A DNA stretch of 64,000 nt from Parcubacteria group bacterium (GTDB lineage: Bacteria; Patescibacteriota; Patescibacteriia; UBA2169), in contig JACOYR010000005.1 of NCBI GenBank assembly GCA_016181765.1, positions 18,733 to 82,732 on the forward strand. Direction: 5' to 3'. The notes beneath the pieces were generated by a model that saw only the letters and a list, made by a program, of their open reading frames with translations, made no database searches and was not told the DNA's origin. Below are positions 1 through 9,723 of this stretch, piece by piece; within the stretch, counting starts at the first letter, position 1, and the number at the start of each line of letters is the position of its first letter. The position numbers were made by a program, and so were the translations under genes.

Positions 1-2
1 GC

Positions 3-3000
3 AAGTACAAGCGCATCCGCTACAAGGGCATTGTGTGCGACAAGTGCGGCGTTGAAGTGACGCGCGCCTTGGTGCGGCGCGAGCGCATGGGGCACATTGA
101 CCTGGCGGCTCCGGTGTCGCACATCTGGTTTTTGCGGGGCGTGCCCTCCAAGATCGGATTAGTGCTTGATCTTTCGGTGCAGGATTTAGAAAAGGTCATC
201 TATTTTGCGAGTTTTATCGTGACTTCGGTTGACGAGGAAAAGAAGAAAGCGCTCATTGAGCAAGTTGGCCAGGAGTTTAAGAGCAAGGGCGCGCAGCTTT
301 CCCGCGAGTTTGAGAAAGCGCTCTCCGACAGGCACTCACAGCTCGCCGCGAGCGGCATATCCGGCGCCGAACTCTCGGACCGCGCCAAACAGGAGAAAGC
401 AATTCTTGAGAAGCTCTTGGCGGAAAAGCGCGATCAGCTTGAACGCGCCTTTGAGCTTGCGTGCGAAGAGCTCAACGGGCTTTCCCCCATGCAGATCGTA
501 TCAGAGAGCGCGTACCACGACCTTTCGCTTAAGTACGGGCATATTTTTGAGGCCGGAATCGGCGCCGAGGCCATCCATTACCTGCTCTCAAACGTTAATT
601 TGCAGGCGTCCATTGCGGCCATGGACAAGCAGCTTGAGAAGGCAAAAGGCGGCAAGCGCAAAAAGATCATGCGCCGCGCCAAGCTGCTCTCAAGCCTTTT
701 GAAGACCGGCATAGCGCCCCAATCCATGGTGCTCACCGCGATTCCGGTGATTCCTCCGGATTTGCGGCCCATGGTGCAGTTGGACGGGGGGCGGTTCGCC
801 ACGAGCGATTTGAATGATTTGTACCGCCGCGTCATCAACCGAAACAACCGCTTAAAGCGGCTCAAGGAACTGAACGCTCCGGAAGTCATTGTGCGCAACG
901 AAAAGCGCATGTTGCAGGAAGCGGTAGACGCGCTCATAGACAACGGTGCCAGGCACGGCAAGACCGTGACCGCTTCAACGGGCCAGCGTCGCGTACTGCG
1001 GTCCATCGCGGACATGCTCAAGGGCAAGCAGGGCCGGTTTAGGCAGAACTTGTTGGGAAAGCGCATTGATTACTCGGGCCGCTCGGTGATCGTGGTCGGC
1101 CCCAAGCTCAAACTGCACCAGTGCGGCTTGCCCAAGACCATGGCTTTGGAGCTCTTCAAGCCGTTTGTCATCAGCCAGCTCATCAAGCGGGAGACCGTGC
1201 ACAATGTACGGTCAGCTAACCGCTACATTGAGGCTGGGCACGCGGACGTGTGGGACATCCTGGAAGAGGTCACGCGAGATGCGCACGTGCTCCTAAACCG
1301 CGCCCCCACGCTGCACCGTTTGGGCATCCAGGCATTCCAGCCCGTGCTGATTGAGGGCAAGGCAATCCAGGTCCACCCGCTCGTCTGCAGCGCTTTTAAC
1401 GCCGATTTTGACGGAGACCAGATGGCCGTGCACGTGCCCCTGACCACGGAGGCCCGCAAAGAGGCTGCCGAGATCATGCTCTCCGCCAAAAATCTTTTGA
1501 AGCCGGCAACCGGAGAACCGGTAGTGACTCCGGGGCTTGATATCGTGTTCGGCTGCTACTTTTTGACTCAAGTTGATGAACAAACAGAACCCTACCAGGG
1601 AGTGTTTTCGTCTTCCAGCGAGGCCAAGCTCGCCTATGACTCCGGGTACATTACCTTGCACCAGCGCCTGACCGCCTCCCACGAAGGAGAACGCATGGAA
1701 ACCACGGTCGGCAGGCTCCTCTTTAACGAAATCATGCCGGAAGGCATTACCTACATAAATACGGTTACCAATAAAAAGGTGCTTAAAGATATTACGGGCC
1801 AGTGCTTCTACCTCCATGGCCTGGAGCGCACCGCAAAGATGCTTGATGACATGATGCGCCTGGGGTTTTTCTACGCGACCCGGTCCGGCATGAGCTGGGC
1901 CATGGCTGATCTGCCGAATTTGGGCCAGAAGCGCGAGCTCCTCGCCCAGTCTCAAGCCGAAGTGGATTTGGTCGCCTCGCAGTACGAAGAGGGTTTGCTC
2001 ACGGACGATGAGCGCCACGCGCGCGTGATTGAAATTTGGGCCCGCGTCAAAGACCAGGTAACCCTCGCCGCCCAGAAATCGTTTGAAGGCAATAAGCTGA
2101 ATCCTGTGTACACCATGATTGAGTCCGGCGCGCGCGGCTCCTGGGGCCAGACCACGCAGATGATGGGCATGAAGGGTCTCGTGACTTCGCCCAGCGGCGC
2201 CACCATGGAGTTGCCGGTGAAGGCGAATTTCAAAGAGGGATTTGACGTTTTGGAGTACTTTATTTCCACGCACGGCGCGCGCAAGGGCTTGACGGATACC
2301 GCCTTGCGGACCGCGAATGCCGGGTACCTCACGCGCCGGCTTATTGACGTGGCCCAGGACATTATTGTTTCCGAGGATGATTGCGGCGACACCGGAGGGT
2401 GGGAGATAACGCGGCTGGATTCCGAAGCCTTAAACACCACGGTTGCCGAGCGCCTGCTCGGGCGCGTGCTCGCAGAGCCCGTTACCGGGCCGCGCGGCAA
2501 AGTGCTTATTGCCGCCGGGGAGTTCGTATCGCGCAAGGATTTGGAAAAAGTTGCGGGCGCGAGCCTTGAGTTCGCCAAGATCCGTTCGGTGCTTTCGTGC
2601 CACTCGCGCCGCGGCACCTGCCGCAAGTGCTATGGCTATGACCTGGGGTACAACACTCCGGTTGAGCTCGGTACTGCGGTGGGCATCATTGCCGCCCAAT
2701 CCATCGGGGAGCCGGGCACCCAGCTCACCATGCGCACGTTCCACACCGGGGGCGTCGCTTCCAGCCAGGACATCACTCAAGGGTTGCCGCGGGTGGAAGA
2801 AATTTTTGAGGCTCGCCGCATCACCAAGGGCGCCGTGGTTTCCGAAATCACGGGCACGGTCCGGCGCATTGCCGAAGAGGGCGGCATCCGCACGATTGAG
2901 GTGGTGGCGAGCGCCAACCAGGAGGAGAAGTACGATTTGGAAGAGTACGGGGAAGAGAGCTGCAAGGTTTCCGATGGCGACCGCGTCAAAAAGGGAGACG

Positions 3001-3659
3001 TGCTGTTCTCGGACGGGGACGACGTGGTGAACGCGGTTCTTGACGGCACGGTCAAAAAGACCAAAAAGTTTTTGCGTGTGGTTGCCGCCGCAGGCGACGC
3101 GGTGGCGTATGCGGTCCCGGGCGTGTTTGCGGCGCTCGTTTCGGAAGGCGATCTGGTGAATGCCGGAGACGTGCTCACCGAGGGGAGCGTTGACCTGCAC
3201 CAGCTCTACGAGCTCAAGGGCGAGGATGCGGCAAAGCGGTACATCATGGCCGAGATCCAGAACATCTACTCAAGCCAGGGCCAGAAGCTCAATGACAAGC
3301 ATCTGGAAATCATCGCGCGCCAGATGTTTTCGCGCGTGTACGTAAAAGAAGCCGGAGACACGGATTTTTTGCCCGGCGAAATCGTGGACCGCGCGAATTT
3401 CAATGCGGTAAACCGCGACATGGCAAAAGCAAAAAAACAGCAGGCAACCGGCGAGGTCCTGCTCCTGGGCGTTACCAAGGCATCGCTTTCCACCGAAAGT
3501 TTCCTCTCCGCGGCATCGTTCCAGGAGACGGCCCGCGTCTTGATTGATGCGGCCATTTCCGGCAAAGTGGACCATCTGCGGGGCCTCAAGGAAAACGTCA
3601 TCATCGGCCGCCTCATACCGGCGGGTACCGGCTTCCAGGCCTCTCTGGACCGGAAGTAA
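3..3659 (+). CDS. rpoC: DNA-directed RNA polymerase beta' subunit (5' end outside window)
   Basis: Frame open from window edge (KYKRIRYKGIVCDKCG); catalytic NADFDGD, GKQGRFRQNLLGKR, GEPGTQLTMRTFHTGG. Confidence 0.99.
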   Translation, partial: KYKRIRYKGIVCDKCGVEVTRALVRRERMGHIDLAAPVSHIWFLRGVPSKIGLVLDLSVQDLEKVIYFASFIVTSVDEEKKKALIEQVGQEFKSKGAQLSREFEKALSDRHSQLAASGISGAELSDRAKQEKAILEKLLAEKRDQLERAFELACEELNGLSPMQIVSESAYHDLSLKYGHIFEAGIGAEAIHYLLSNVNLQASIAAMDKQLEKAKGGKRKKIMRRAKLLSSLLKTGIAPQSMVLTAIPVIPPDLRPMVQLDGGRFATSDLNDLYRRVINRNNRLKRLKELNAPEVIVRNEKRMLQEAVDALIDNGARHGKTVTASTGQRRVLRSIADMLKGKQGRFRQNLLGKRIDYSGRSVIVVGPKLKLHQCGLPKTMALELFKPFVISQLIKRETVHNVRSANRYIEAGHADVWDILEEVTRDAHVLLNRAPTLHRLGIQAFQPVLIEGKAIQVHPLVCSAFNADFDGDQMAVHVPLTTEARKEAAEIMLSAKNLLKPATGEPVVTPGLDIVFGCYFLTQVDEQTEPYQGVFSSSSEAKLAYDSGYITLHQRLTASHEGERMETTVGRLLFNEIMPEGITYINTVTNKKVLKDITGQCFYLHGLERTAKMLDDMMRLGFFYATRSGMSWAMADLPNLGQKRELLAQSQAEVDLVASQYEEGLLTDDERHARVIEIWARVKDQVTLAAQKSFEGNKLNPVYTMIESGARGSWGQTTQMMGMKGLVTSPSGATMELPVKANFKEGFDVLEYFISTHGARKGLTDTALRTANAGYLTRRLIDVAQDIIVSEDDCGDTGGWEITRLDSEALNTTVAERLLGRVLAEPVTGPRGKVLIAAGEFVSRKDLEKVAGASLEFAKIRSVLSCHSRRGTCRKCYGYDLGYNTPVELGTAVGIIAAQSIGEPGTQLTMRTFHTGGVASSQDITQGLPRVEEIFEARRITKGAVVSEITGTVRRIAEEGGIRTIEVVASANQEEKYDLEEYGEESCKVSDGDRVKKGDVLFSDGDDVVNAVLDGTVKKTKKFLRVVAAAGDAVAYAVPGVFAALVSEGDLVNAGDVLTEGSVDLHQLYELKGEDAAKRYIMAEIQNIYSSQGQKLNDKHLEIIARQMFSRVYVKEAGDTDFLPGEIVDRANFNAVNRDMAKAKKQQATGEVLLLGVTKASLSTESFLSAASFQETARVLIDAAISGKVDHLRGLKENVIIGRLIPAGTGFQASLDRK

Positions 3660-3666
3660 ATTTTCT

Positions 3667-4734
3667 TTATTTCTTGATTATACGATAATTCGTTGACCGG
3701 CCTTGGCCGAGGCGTTCAACTTTCTTTAGTTTCAGCAATTTAGTCAGTGCCTGCCGGACCGTGGGCTGGGCAACAGCAGTGGCTTGGGCGATCTCGCCCG
3801 GCGCGGCCCCGTCAACCTTTTGCAGATATTCCCAAACCGCGAGCTGTTTTTTGGTTAATAGCTTCTCAATGTTTTCTTTGGATAATAAATCCAGGGCCAT
3901 GGCTGATTGTTTCAAGATAATATCCAAAAAGAAATCAAGCCACGGAGTAATACTCTCTTGATTGGCGCCAAAGGTTTTTTGGCTTTTGCGGAGCGCTACA
4001 TAATATGCTGGCTTATTGTCTTCTATCAGCTTTTCATGGGAAACATATGGCATATACTCGTAGCCGGCTTGCAGAAGGAGCAGGTTAGTCAGAATCCGCG
4101 ACAGCCGACCGTTGCCGTCTTGAAAGGGATGGATTTTCAGGAAGGAGACAACAAAGTGGCCAATAGTCAAAAGCGGGTGATAGGCCTTGGTTTTGAGCGC
4201 GTCAGCCGTCCATGCCGCCAGTTCTTGCGTTTCTTTCGGAGTAAGATAGGCAGGCGTAGTGTCAAATAGAACCGCTACGCTCTGGCCGCTGGCATCAAGC
4301 ATCTGCACTCTGTTTTCCTGTTTTTTGTAATCACCGCGATGCGCTTCATCCTTGGTCGCGTATTTAAGCAATTCTTTATGGAAGTGCTTAATGTTATTCT
4401 CGCTGAACGGCAGATTTTTCCAGCCATCAAAAACATGCTCCAGCAGTTCATAATAGCCCCGGGCTTCCTGGGAATCGCGATCCGCGAATTTCTGCACGGC
4501 CAAGCCGGACATGAGTTTTTCAATGTCCTCGTCAGAGAGCTTGGCGCCTTCAATGCGGGTTGAGGCCCCGGTTGAAGTAATTAAAACCGACCGCTTGAGC
4601 CGACCCAGCGCTTGCGGGGAGAGCTTGGCTCCGGCAATCCACTGGCCTTGCAGATGGTCAATTTTCGTGATTTTCTGCCAGATTGAGTCTGGAATTGATT
4701 TGAGCCTTTGGTCAAATTGCTTGATTTCGAGCAT
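3667..4734 (-). CDS. Fic family protein with C-terminal winged HTH
   Basis: Canonical Fic motif HPFQDGNGRLSR; STRIEG N-terminal motif; C-terminal wHTH-like segment. Confidence 0.92.
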   Translation of the reverse strand: MLEIKQFDQRLKSIPDSIWQKITKIDHLQGQWIAGAKLSPQALGRLKRSVLITSTGASTRIEGAKLSDEDIEKLMSGLAVQKFADRDSQEARGYYELLEHVFDGWKNLPFSENNIKHFHKELLKYATKDEAHRGDYKKQENRVQMLDASGQSVAVLFDTTPAYLTPKETQELAAWTADALKTKAYHPLLTIGHFVVSFLKIHPFQDGNGRLSRILTNLLLLQAGYEYMPYVSHEKLIEDNKPAYYVALRKSQKTFGANQESITPWLDFFLDIILKQSAMALDLLSKENIEKLLTKKQLAVWEYLQKVDGAAPGEIAQATAVAQPTVRQALTKLLKLKKVERLGQGRSTNYRIIKK

Positions 4735-4786
4735 AGGATAATATGATATTTTAACTATATCAGATTATATCAGAATAGATAACAGC

Positions 4787-4937
4787 TTACAAGGCAAGGG
4801 TTGCTCTGGAAATATTATCCCGCCTTGCGCGGATCGTGCTTGCCTTGCTGAGCGGGCACCTGTATCGCTGCTTGCCGGTGCGCGTGGCGTCCCACCGCTG
4901 CATGGTAATGTGATGAAGAGAACATGTTTTTTTTCAT
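4787..4937 (-). pseudogene. Degenerate remnant of an IS transposase N-terminal zinc ribbon (IS1/IS1249-like)
   Basis: Removing one A from the A8 run gives MKKTCSLHHITMQRWDATRTGKQRYRCPLSKASTIRARRD, matching the C..C...G.T..G.QR(Y/W).C..C ribbon with two Cys lost. Confidence 0.5.
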
Positions 4938-5074
4938 AGAGAGTTACTTTCCCTAACCATATCAGATTCTGCCTAACATTAGAACAAAACAGGCGTTTTT
5001 ACCAACACGGAATTTCCATTAACTCCAAATAGTTGGATATTTTGCTTATATCCGATTACTTCATTTTGTTTTTC

Positions 5075-5503
5075 TTATACAATCTTTTCATGCAGTTTTT
5101 GTAAACGCGTTCCTAATTTGAAGTACCGATCTTGTGCAGCATTGTACAGTCGTGAGTTTTTTGAAACCTCTTTAAGGCTGATGTGATTGTTTTTAAAGCT
5201 GCGGCTTGCGGTATAAAACTTTTTTTGATTTTCGCTCAATATTTTTGCCGCGTCTGCTACAGCTTTTGCCCAGTCAACGAGGGCATCATAGACTTGACGC
5301 TCAGAGACTGAAAGATCATTGTAAAAATGCATCTTAATTTCCGTTTCAAGGCCTATAACAACATTTGCCCACTCATTTGCTATTATTTTTGACTCTTTGG
5401 AGATCTCATCAAACGGTACCTTAAAGAAAAGACTCTTTAGCGTTCCAGATTTTTTAAGAGCTGAATCAGAAAAACTAATGAATTCAGTGAGTTTTTCATT
5501 CAA
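5075..5503 (-). CDS. Hypothetical helical protein, AT-rich; possibly the 3' part of a split gene whose 5' part is a 53-aa TM ORF starting at 5693
   Basis: 142-aa ORF with only a TTG start; upstream ORF MIYIESIIAICAVISVIISIVALRK in another frame. Confidence 0.45.
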   Translation of the reverse strand: MNEKLTEFISFSDSALKKSGTLKSLFFKVPFDEISKESKIIANEWANVVIGLETEIKMHFYNDLSVSERQVYDALVDWAKAVADAAKILSENQKKFYTASRSFKNNHISLKEVSKNSRLYNAAQDRYFKLGTRLQKLHEKIV

Positions 5504-5805
5504 GGATTTCAGTACTTTATCAAGTTTTTGTCTAGGTAATTAGTGCGAAACGTAACCAAAATAGATGTTTAAGAATAGTTTGAACAAATTGTCCGACTTG
5601 ATTTGTCGCATGATTAGATTTTCGGAGTGCTACGATAGAGATGATGACACTGATTACTGCACAAATTGCAATAATTGATTCTATGTAGATCATATGGTTG
5701 ATTTTACGGGTAAGGTTAGGTATAATGAGCGCACCTCATATCAATCATACACCACGTATGAAACAAGGCAAGCAGGGCAGAGGGGCGGTATTCACAACAG
5801 CATCT

Positions 5806-5839
5806 TGTATATATTTAAATATATATTATAATATATACA
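5806..5839. promoter_or_regulatory. AT-rich inverted repeat over the promoter of the AbrB-like gene (putative operator)
   Basis: TGTATATATT...AATATATACA arms enclosing a TATAAT hexamer just before ATG 5841. Confidence 0.45.
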
Positions 5840-5840
5840 T

Positions 5841-6014
5841 ATGAGCAGGCGAACCCAAAAGGAAAAACACATACGAAAGCTCACGCGCTTGGGCGGAAGC
5901 GTAGTGGTATCCATTCCGGCCGAGGATATTACCGCGCTTGCGTGGCGCGAAAAGCAAAAAGTCACAGTCAAGAGAGTCGGCAAAAAGCTCGTCATTGAGG
6001 ACTGGAAGGAGTAG
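5841..6014 (+). CDS. AbrB/MazE/SpoVT-type DNA-binding protein (57 aa, absent from ORF track)
   Basis: MSRRTQKEKHIRKLTRLGGSVVVSIPAEDITALAWREKQKVTVKRVGKKLVIEDWKE fits the swapped-hairpin RKL..G.S..V.IP...L.W..G..V pattern. Confidence 0.8.
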   Translation: MSRRTQKEKHIRKLTRLGGSVVVSIPAEDITALAWREKQKVTVKRVGKKLVIEDWKE

Positions 6015-6016
6015 GT

Positions 6017-6619
6017 ATGCGCGTTCCTGCGTTGCGCGCCCGGGGCATTTCCACGCTCATCCTGGTTGTGCTGGCAGCGGCAGTCGGTTTTTTGTACGCC
6101 AAAAAAAATCAGCTTCCCCTCATCGGTGCAGAGTCCCGGGAGGCAGTAGTTGTTGACTATGCCATAGACGGCGACACCATCAAGCTGCCGAGCGGGGAGC
6201 GCGTGCGCTTGATCGGCATTGACGCTCCGGAAAAGGGGCAGTGTTTTTACGAGGAGTCGCGGCAGTTCGCCCAGTCGTTCCTGGACGGCCGCACCGTCAT
6301 TCTAGAGCGGGATATTTCCGGTGAGGATGATTACCAGAGGCTCTTGCGGTATGTGTTTTTTCCGGCCCCGTCAGAGAGTGAGGATCGCGAGTTTGTAAAT
6401 GATGCGCTTGTGCGCCAGGGGTATGCCCGGGCAGTGGCCAGCCCGCGGGCTTCCGCAAGGCAACCAACTGCCCTTAGGCCGGATCATCTAGCGTCCGCAT
6501 TAAATCCTCAACCATGCGCAATGCTTCCGCGGTTGAGCTTTTTACCGCGGCAAGCTGTTCTTTGCGCTCTTGGTTTTTTGTTTCGCTGTTATCCGCAAGC
6601 AAATGCGCGGCCCATTTGA
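6017..6619 (+). pseudogene. Thermonuclease (SNase-like) with signal anchor, C-terminus lost after ~6447
   Basis: IDGDTI, VRLIGIDAPE, DDYQRLLRYV, LVRQGYA motifs; the usual terminal A+...RGLW helix is absent and the ORF runs on into the antisense gene. Confidence 0.7.
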
Positions 6620-6767
6620 GGTGCGTCAGTTTGACGCGGATATCATGCAGCCCGGATGTGGCGTGTTCGCGCTTTTTTTTATACTGATACTCAAGCTGTT
6701 CAATTGCTTCGCGCAGCTTTTTATCCCGCTCTTTGAGGGATTGTATTGTTTTGTCTTTGTCATCCAT
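6474..6767 (-). CDS. Small coiled-coil protein resembling a stand-alone HisKA (DHp) domain
   Basis: LHDIRVKLTHLKWAAHLL resembles the H-box HELRTPLT.I; TATCAT hexamer 6 nt before ATG. Confidence 0.55.
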   Translation of the reverse strand: MDDKDKTIQSLKERDKKLREAIEQLEYQYKKKREHATSGLHDIRVKLTHLKWAAHLLADNSETKNQERKEQLAAVKSSTAEALRMVEDLMRTLDDPA

Positions 6768-6788
6768 ACTGGTATGATACGCCATTTT

Positions 6789-7634
6789 TTACGCTATCAC
6801 AAACCGAGTGTCCTGTTTTTTGAGCAACCCTTCGGTTTGCATCTGTGCGAGAATACGCGCCGCGCGCACGGGATCAGCATCCAGTTCTCTGATAAGCTGC
6901 GTTTTGGTTTGATGCCGCTTTTTAAGCAGCAGTTTTATGATGTTTCCGCGAATTTCCCGGTTTGAGCCGGCAAACCGGGATTGCACGCTATGGTGGCGGC
7001 TCGCGCGGCTCGGGTTGGGAACTGTTTTTTTGAGGTGGGCCCCATAGTCCATGAGCGCCGAATACCACTTCCGTGGGTTGCGCACGTCAAGCGCCTGCCC
7101 AATCAGGGGCTCAAGCCGTGCGTCATCCACACCTTTTTTGTTTGGAAAAAAGTGGTGCAAAAATACGGAGCGGATGTTTGTTTCAATCATGGCGTGCGGC
7201 TGGTTGAACGCGAACACCAGCACGGCCCGCGCCGTGTACGGCCCGAGCCCCGGAAGTTTTTGGAGAGCGCCCGCGTCTTTGGGGATGCGGCCGTTGTGTT
7301 CTGTTATAATGGCGCGCGCCGCCTCCCAGAGCATTTTGGCGCGGCGGTTGTACCCGAGTCCCTGCCATTGCCGGATGACTGATTTGAGCCGGGCTCGCCC
7401 GAGTGCGCCCACCGTGGGGAAGCGCTCCATAAAGAGGGGGTATTGTTCTGACACGCGCTCTGCCTGGGTCTGCTGGAGCATGATTTCCGACACCAGAATC
7501 TTGTACGGGTCGCGGGTGTTCCGCCACAAAAAAGGCCGGGCCCCTGTCGCATAGTGCCTGTAGACTGTTTTCCGGAATGCGCGGATTTGCTCCTTAGAGA
7601 GCTTCTTCGGTTGTGGTCGCGGTTTCTTGGTCAT
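6789..7634 (-). CDS. mutY: A/G-specific adenine glycosylase (HhH-GPD), lacking Fe-S cysteines
   Basis: DPYKILVSEIMLQQTQ, WQGLGYNRRA, LPGLGPYTA; start placed at MTKK. Confidence 0.88.
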   Translation of the reverse strand: MTKKPRPQPKKLSKEQIRAFRKTVYRHYATGARPFLWRNTRDPYKILVSEIMLQQTQAERVSEQYPLFMERFPTVGALGRARLKSVIRQWQGLGYNRRAKMLWEAARAIITEHNGRIPKDAGALQKLPGLGPYTARAVLVFAFNQPHAMIETNIRSVFLHHFFPNKKGVDDARLEPLIGQALDVRNPRKWYSALMDYGAHLKKTVPNPSRASRHHSVQSRFAGSNREIRGNIIKLLLKKRHQTKTQLIRELDADPVRAARILAQMQTEGLLKKQDTRFVIA

Positions 7635-8439
7635 CCGGGCTTGTCGCGAGTTCTGGTTCCCCAACAATTGAAACGAGCAAGTCCCTGAACGCTTCATAGC
7701 TCTGCGGGTTCTCAATCCGCTCGCCGTTCAGCACAAACGTGGGCGTTCCATTCACCCCGAGCCGCCTGCCTGCGCTTTCGTGCGCGCGGACCGCGTCTTT
7801 TACGGCGCTTGATTCATAGTCAGCCTCAAATTGCGCCGCATCCAATCCTATGCCATTGGCGTATTGCGCGAACAAATCAAACGGATTCCCCGCGCCGGAC
7901 CATGCGCTCTGGTTCTCAAACAGCGCATCATGCATTTCCCAAAAACGCCCCTGTATGCCTGCCGCTTCTGCGGCGCGGGCCGCAGGCTCGGCGTTCGGGT
8001 GGATCGCGTTCAGGGGAAAGTGCCGGTACGCAAACCGCAGGTCCTCCCCGAATTCTTGGGTCAGCTGTTTGATGATGGGGTAGTAGGCGCCGCAGGCCGG
8101 GCACTGGAAGTCGCTGTACTCAATGATCTGTGCCGGGGCGGCTTCGCTTCCGTGGGTCCAGTCGCGCGCCGCTATTTCGGAGGGCGGGGGCGCTTCCGCG
8201 CTGCCCTGCGAGTTTGAACTCGCTACAAGCCACGCGAGTCCCAGGGCGATCACGGCAATCGCGGCAATCCACGCTGCCCATGTTTTTACCGTCCTCCCGC
8301 GTTCCGCGTGCTGCCTCTGTTCGCGCTTTTCCAGTTTTTTGAGGGCCCTGCGCTGCTTTTTGGTCAGCGTATCCGTCGCGGAGGCGGACTGCTCGGTTTT
8401 TTGGTTTCCCTGTGCGGATTGTGTTTGTTCTGGTTCCAT
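7594..8439 (-). CDS. DsbA-family (thioredoxin_4) membrane-anchored oxidoreductase
   Basis: EYSDFQCPAC, YRHFPL, GVNGTPTF; N-terminal TM helix. Confidence 0.92.
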   Translation of the reverse strand: MEPEQTQSAQGNQKTEQSASATDTLTKKQRRALKKLEKREQRQHAERGRTVKTWAAWIAAIAVIALGLAWLVASSNSQGSAEAPPPSEIAARDWTHGSEAAPAQIIEYSDFQCPACGAYYPIIKQLTQEFGEDLRFAYRHFPLNAIHPNAEPAARAAEAAGIQGRFWEMHDALFENQSAWSGAGNPFDLFAQYANGIGLDAAQFEADYESSAVKDAVRAHESAGRRLGVNGTPTFVLNGERIENPQSYEAFRDLLVSIVGEPELATSPDDQETATTTEEAL

Positions 8440-8688
8440 AGTGAGGAATGATTAGGGGGCTGTTGCGATGGAGCGCGCGTTTTTGGCCTGCTCAAGGGCA
8501 CATACAGTATACCCATTCTGCTTGAGCTTGTCTAAAAGCAGGTGCGCACTCGGAGGGCGCTGTCAATTTTTGGCCTGTTTGACAATGTGCGGCTTTGCGG
8601 GTAGGATAGTTTGGAGTACCTGCAGTATCCGGCCCGTGGGGAGCGGGTCGGCATACAACGTTCATTCGCAATTCGGGGAGGAGTTGGG

Positions 8689-9633
8689 ATGCCTTTGCGA
8701 CATGTGGTTGAAGCCCAGCAGTTTAGCCGCGGGTTTCTGGATGATGAGCTTTTTCCGGCAGTTAACGCGATGAGAGATCGCGTTAGGCGCCGGGATCCAG
8801 ATCTGCTGCGGTGCCTAACCGGCCGTGTCATGGTGACGTTGTTCTATGAGCCCAGCACCAGAACCAGGCACTCGTTTGAGTCTGCGATGCTTCGGCTTGG
8901 CGGAAGCGCGATCAGCACCGAGAACGCTCTAGATTTCTCTTCAGCAGTCAAAGGAGAAACGCTTGCGGATACGGTCCGGGTTGAGGCGTGCTACGCGGAT
9001 GTCATTGTACTGCGGCACTTTGACCGATGGTCAGCCAAAATCGCCGCGGCGTATTCTCCGGTTCCGGTCATCAATGGCGGCGCAGGTCCTGGGCAGCATC
9101 CAACCCAGGCATTACTGGATGTGTACACGATCCAGGATGAAATCGGCCGACTGGACAACATCGCCATTGCCATGGTGGGGGACCTCGCAAACGGGCGCAC
9201 GGCCCGTTCGTTGTGCTACCTGCTTGCCAAGTACGAATATCCGAGGATCTTTTTCGTTTCGCCGGCGCGGATGCGGATGCGGAAAGATGTCCGGAGGTAC
9301 CTCCAGCGGCGCGGCGTTCGCTTTGAGGAGTGTGATGACATCAGAGAAGTTGCCGGCAGAGTAGACGTAATCTACATGACGCGCGTGCAGCAGGAGCGTA
9401 TGCGCGGCAAACCTGTTCGGCTCAATGGTCGGTTTGTCATGGATGCCTCGGTCCTCAAGCTTATGCGTCAAGACGCACGAATCATGCATCCCCTGCCGCG
9501 CACCGGCGAGATCAAGAACAGGGGCAGGGTAGATGCGGATCTGCGCGCCGCGTACTTCAGGCAGGTTCACAACGGGCTCTGTGTGCGCATGGCTTTGCTC
9601 AAGATGATTCTGGCGCCGGACGCGCCGCTGTAG
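8689..9633 (+). CDS. pyrB: Aspartate carbamoyltransferase catalytic subunit
   Basis: FYEPSTRTRHSF, SAVKGETLADT, HPTQALLD, YMTRVQQER, MHPLPR; GGAGGAG SD before ATG 8689. Confidence 0.95.
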   Translation: MPLRHVVEAQQFSRGFLDDELFPAVNAMRDRVRRRDPDLLRCLTGRVMVTLFYEPSTRTRHSFESAMLRLGGSAISTENALDFSSAVKGETLADTVRVEACYADVIVLRHFDRWSAKIAAAYSPVPVINGGAGPGQHPTQALLDVYTIQDEIGRLDNIAIAMVGDLANGRTARSLCYLLAKYEYPRIFFVSPARMRMRKDVRRYLQRRGVRFEECDDIREVAGRVDVIYMTRVQQERMRGKPVRLNGRFVMDASVLKLMRQDARIMHPLPRTGEIKNRGRVDADLRAAYFRQVHNGLCVRMALLKMILAPDAPL

Positions 9634-9723
9634 AGCGCCTTCTTGCGGCCGCGCAGTTCCTTCCACGACGGGATGTCCTCCTTTGGGCTTCCCGTCCTCT
9701 TTTTTTTATGGTATGCTTTTTTC

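Noticed and set aside
200-3616. Many long alternative-frame and antisense ORFs over rpoC and other core genes
   Set aside because: Shadow ORFs expected in GC-rich coding DNA; no motifs; fully overlap clear genes
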